From an uncultured Candidatus Rokubacteria bacterium (GTDB taxonomy: Bacteria; Methylomirabilota; Methylomirabilia; Rokubacteriales; CSP1-6): a stretch of 64,000 nucleotides of DNA. The position numbers and the translations under genes are program-made. Under the pieces are notes generated by a model. The model ran no database searches, was not told the origin of the DNA, and saw only the letters and a list, made by a program, of their open reading frames with translations. The stretch lies in assembly GCA_963789955.1 (NCBI GenBank), contig CAWBMV010000022.1, positions 32,001 to 96,000 on the forward strand, written 5' to 3'. Below, one piece after another: positions 63,358-64,000 of this stretch (the first letter of the stretch is position 1; every line of letters begins with the position of its first letter).

Positions 63358-63638
63358 ACAGCGGGCGCGGTGAGCGCGAACACACGCTCGGCCGGCCGCG
63401 CCGGGAGCGCGACGGAGCCGAGGCGGATCGCGTGGGGCTCGACCGTGACGACCGGCGCCAGCGGCGGCGCCGGATCCATGCCGGTGACCGCCAGGACCAC
63501 GTCGTCGTAGTCGGCCGCATCGTAGAAGCCGCCGATCCAGCCGGGATCGGGCGGGCTCGCGCTGGCCAACGGTCCGAGAGCGGACAGCACCAGCACGAGG
63601 AGGGCGGTCACGGAGAGCCGCGGAATCATCGGTGCCAT
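63336..63638 (-). CDS. Secretory leader peptide with a C-terminal RAPP motif (putative ribosome-arrest peptide)
   Basis: Signal peptide ending ASA, PPDPGWIGGFYDAADYDDVV, Pro-rich linker, VRAPPSA-stop. Confidence 0.7.
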   Translation of the reverse strand: MAPMIPRLSVTALLVLVLSALGPLASASPPDPGWIGGFYDAADYDDVVLAVTGMDPAPPLAPVVTVEPHAIRLGSVALPARPAERVFALTAPAVRAPPSA

Positions 63639-63661
63639 TGTAGCCCGTGCCCGCGCGTGCC

Positions 63662-64000
63662 TCAGGCGTCCGGCTTCGGCCCGAAACGATAGACGCTGGT
63701 ATCGCGAACGTGAAAGCCGGCCTTTTCGTAGAGACGGTGCGCGGCCTGCCTCGATCGGCGCGACGTCAGATCCACCGTCTTGGCCCCTCGCGCCTTCGCC
63801 AGCTTCACGGCCGTCAAGGTCAGCGCTTCGCCGACGCCGCGGCCGCGGGCCGCGCCATCGACGACGACGTCTTCGATCCAGGCGCGCGTCGCCGTCGGGA
63901 TGCGGAAGATCACGAGCGTCAGGGTGCCGACGATCTGGCCGCCCGCGCTCGGGTCGCGCGCCAGGAGCACCGTGTTGTGCGGCGCGGCGATGATCTCGGT
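63662..64000 (-). CDS. GNAT N-acetyltransferase (5' end outside the window)
   Basis: WIEDVVVD..ARGRGVG, VDLTS...R.AAHRLY.KAGF. Confidence 0.88.
   Translation of the reverse strand, partial: TEIIAAPHNTVLLARDPSAGGQIVGTLTLVIFRIPTATRAWIEDVVVDGAARGRGVGEALTLTAVKLAKARGAKTVDLTSRRSRQAAHRLYEKAGFHVRDTSVYRFGPKPDA

Overview
Very GC-rich bacterial chromosome segment with about 60 genes and no rRNA, tRNA, CRISPR array or transposase. Gene content and a palindromic intergenic element suggest Candidatus Rokubacteria/Methylomirabilota (inference only). Many genes carry single-base indels, extremely dense at about 39.6-45.5 kb, which suggests an error-prone long-read assembly. Routine content includes RND efflux, SorAB-type sulfite dehydrogenase, a peptide ABC transporter, a MoxR/DUF58 cluster, UbiD, HpaB, PrpB, hydantoinase A/B and signalling proteins. 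Highlights: (1) a signal-peptide uORF ending in RAPP whose RAPP codons base-pair with the Shine-Dalgarno of the downstream tatA, a SecM/MifM-like arrest-peptide switch on a Tat gene; (2) a ferrosome-like cluster (FezA-, FezC- and FezB-like genes) extended by an HMA2-tagged P2-type ATPase and flanked by two paralogous 22-residue-repeat amphipathic proteins; (3) an ECF sigma factor paired with a zinc anti-sigma/alkyltransferase/Ada-Zn fusion; (4) a GrdB/PrdB-like selenoprotein with in-frame UGA (UxxC) and a SECIS-like hairpin; (5) a Cya2-type candidate guanylate cyclase.
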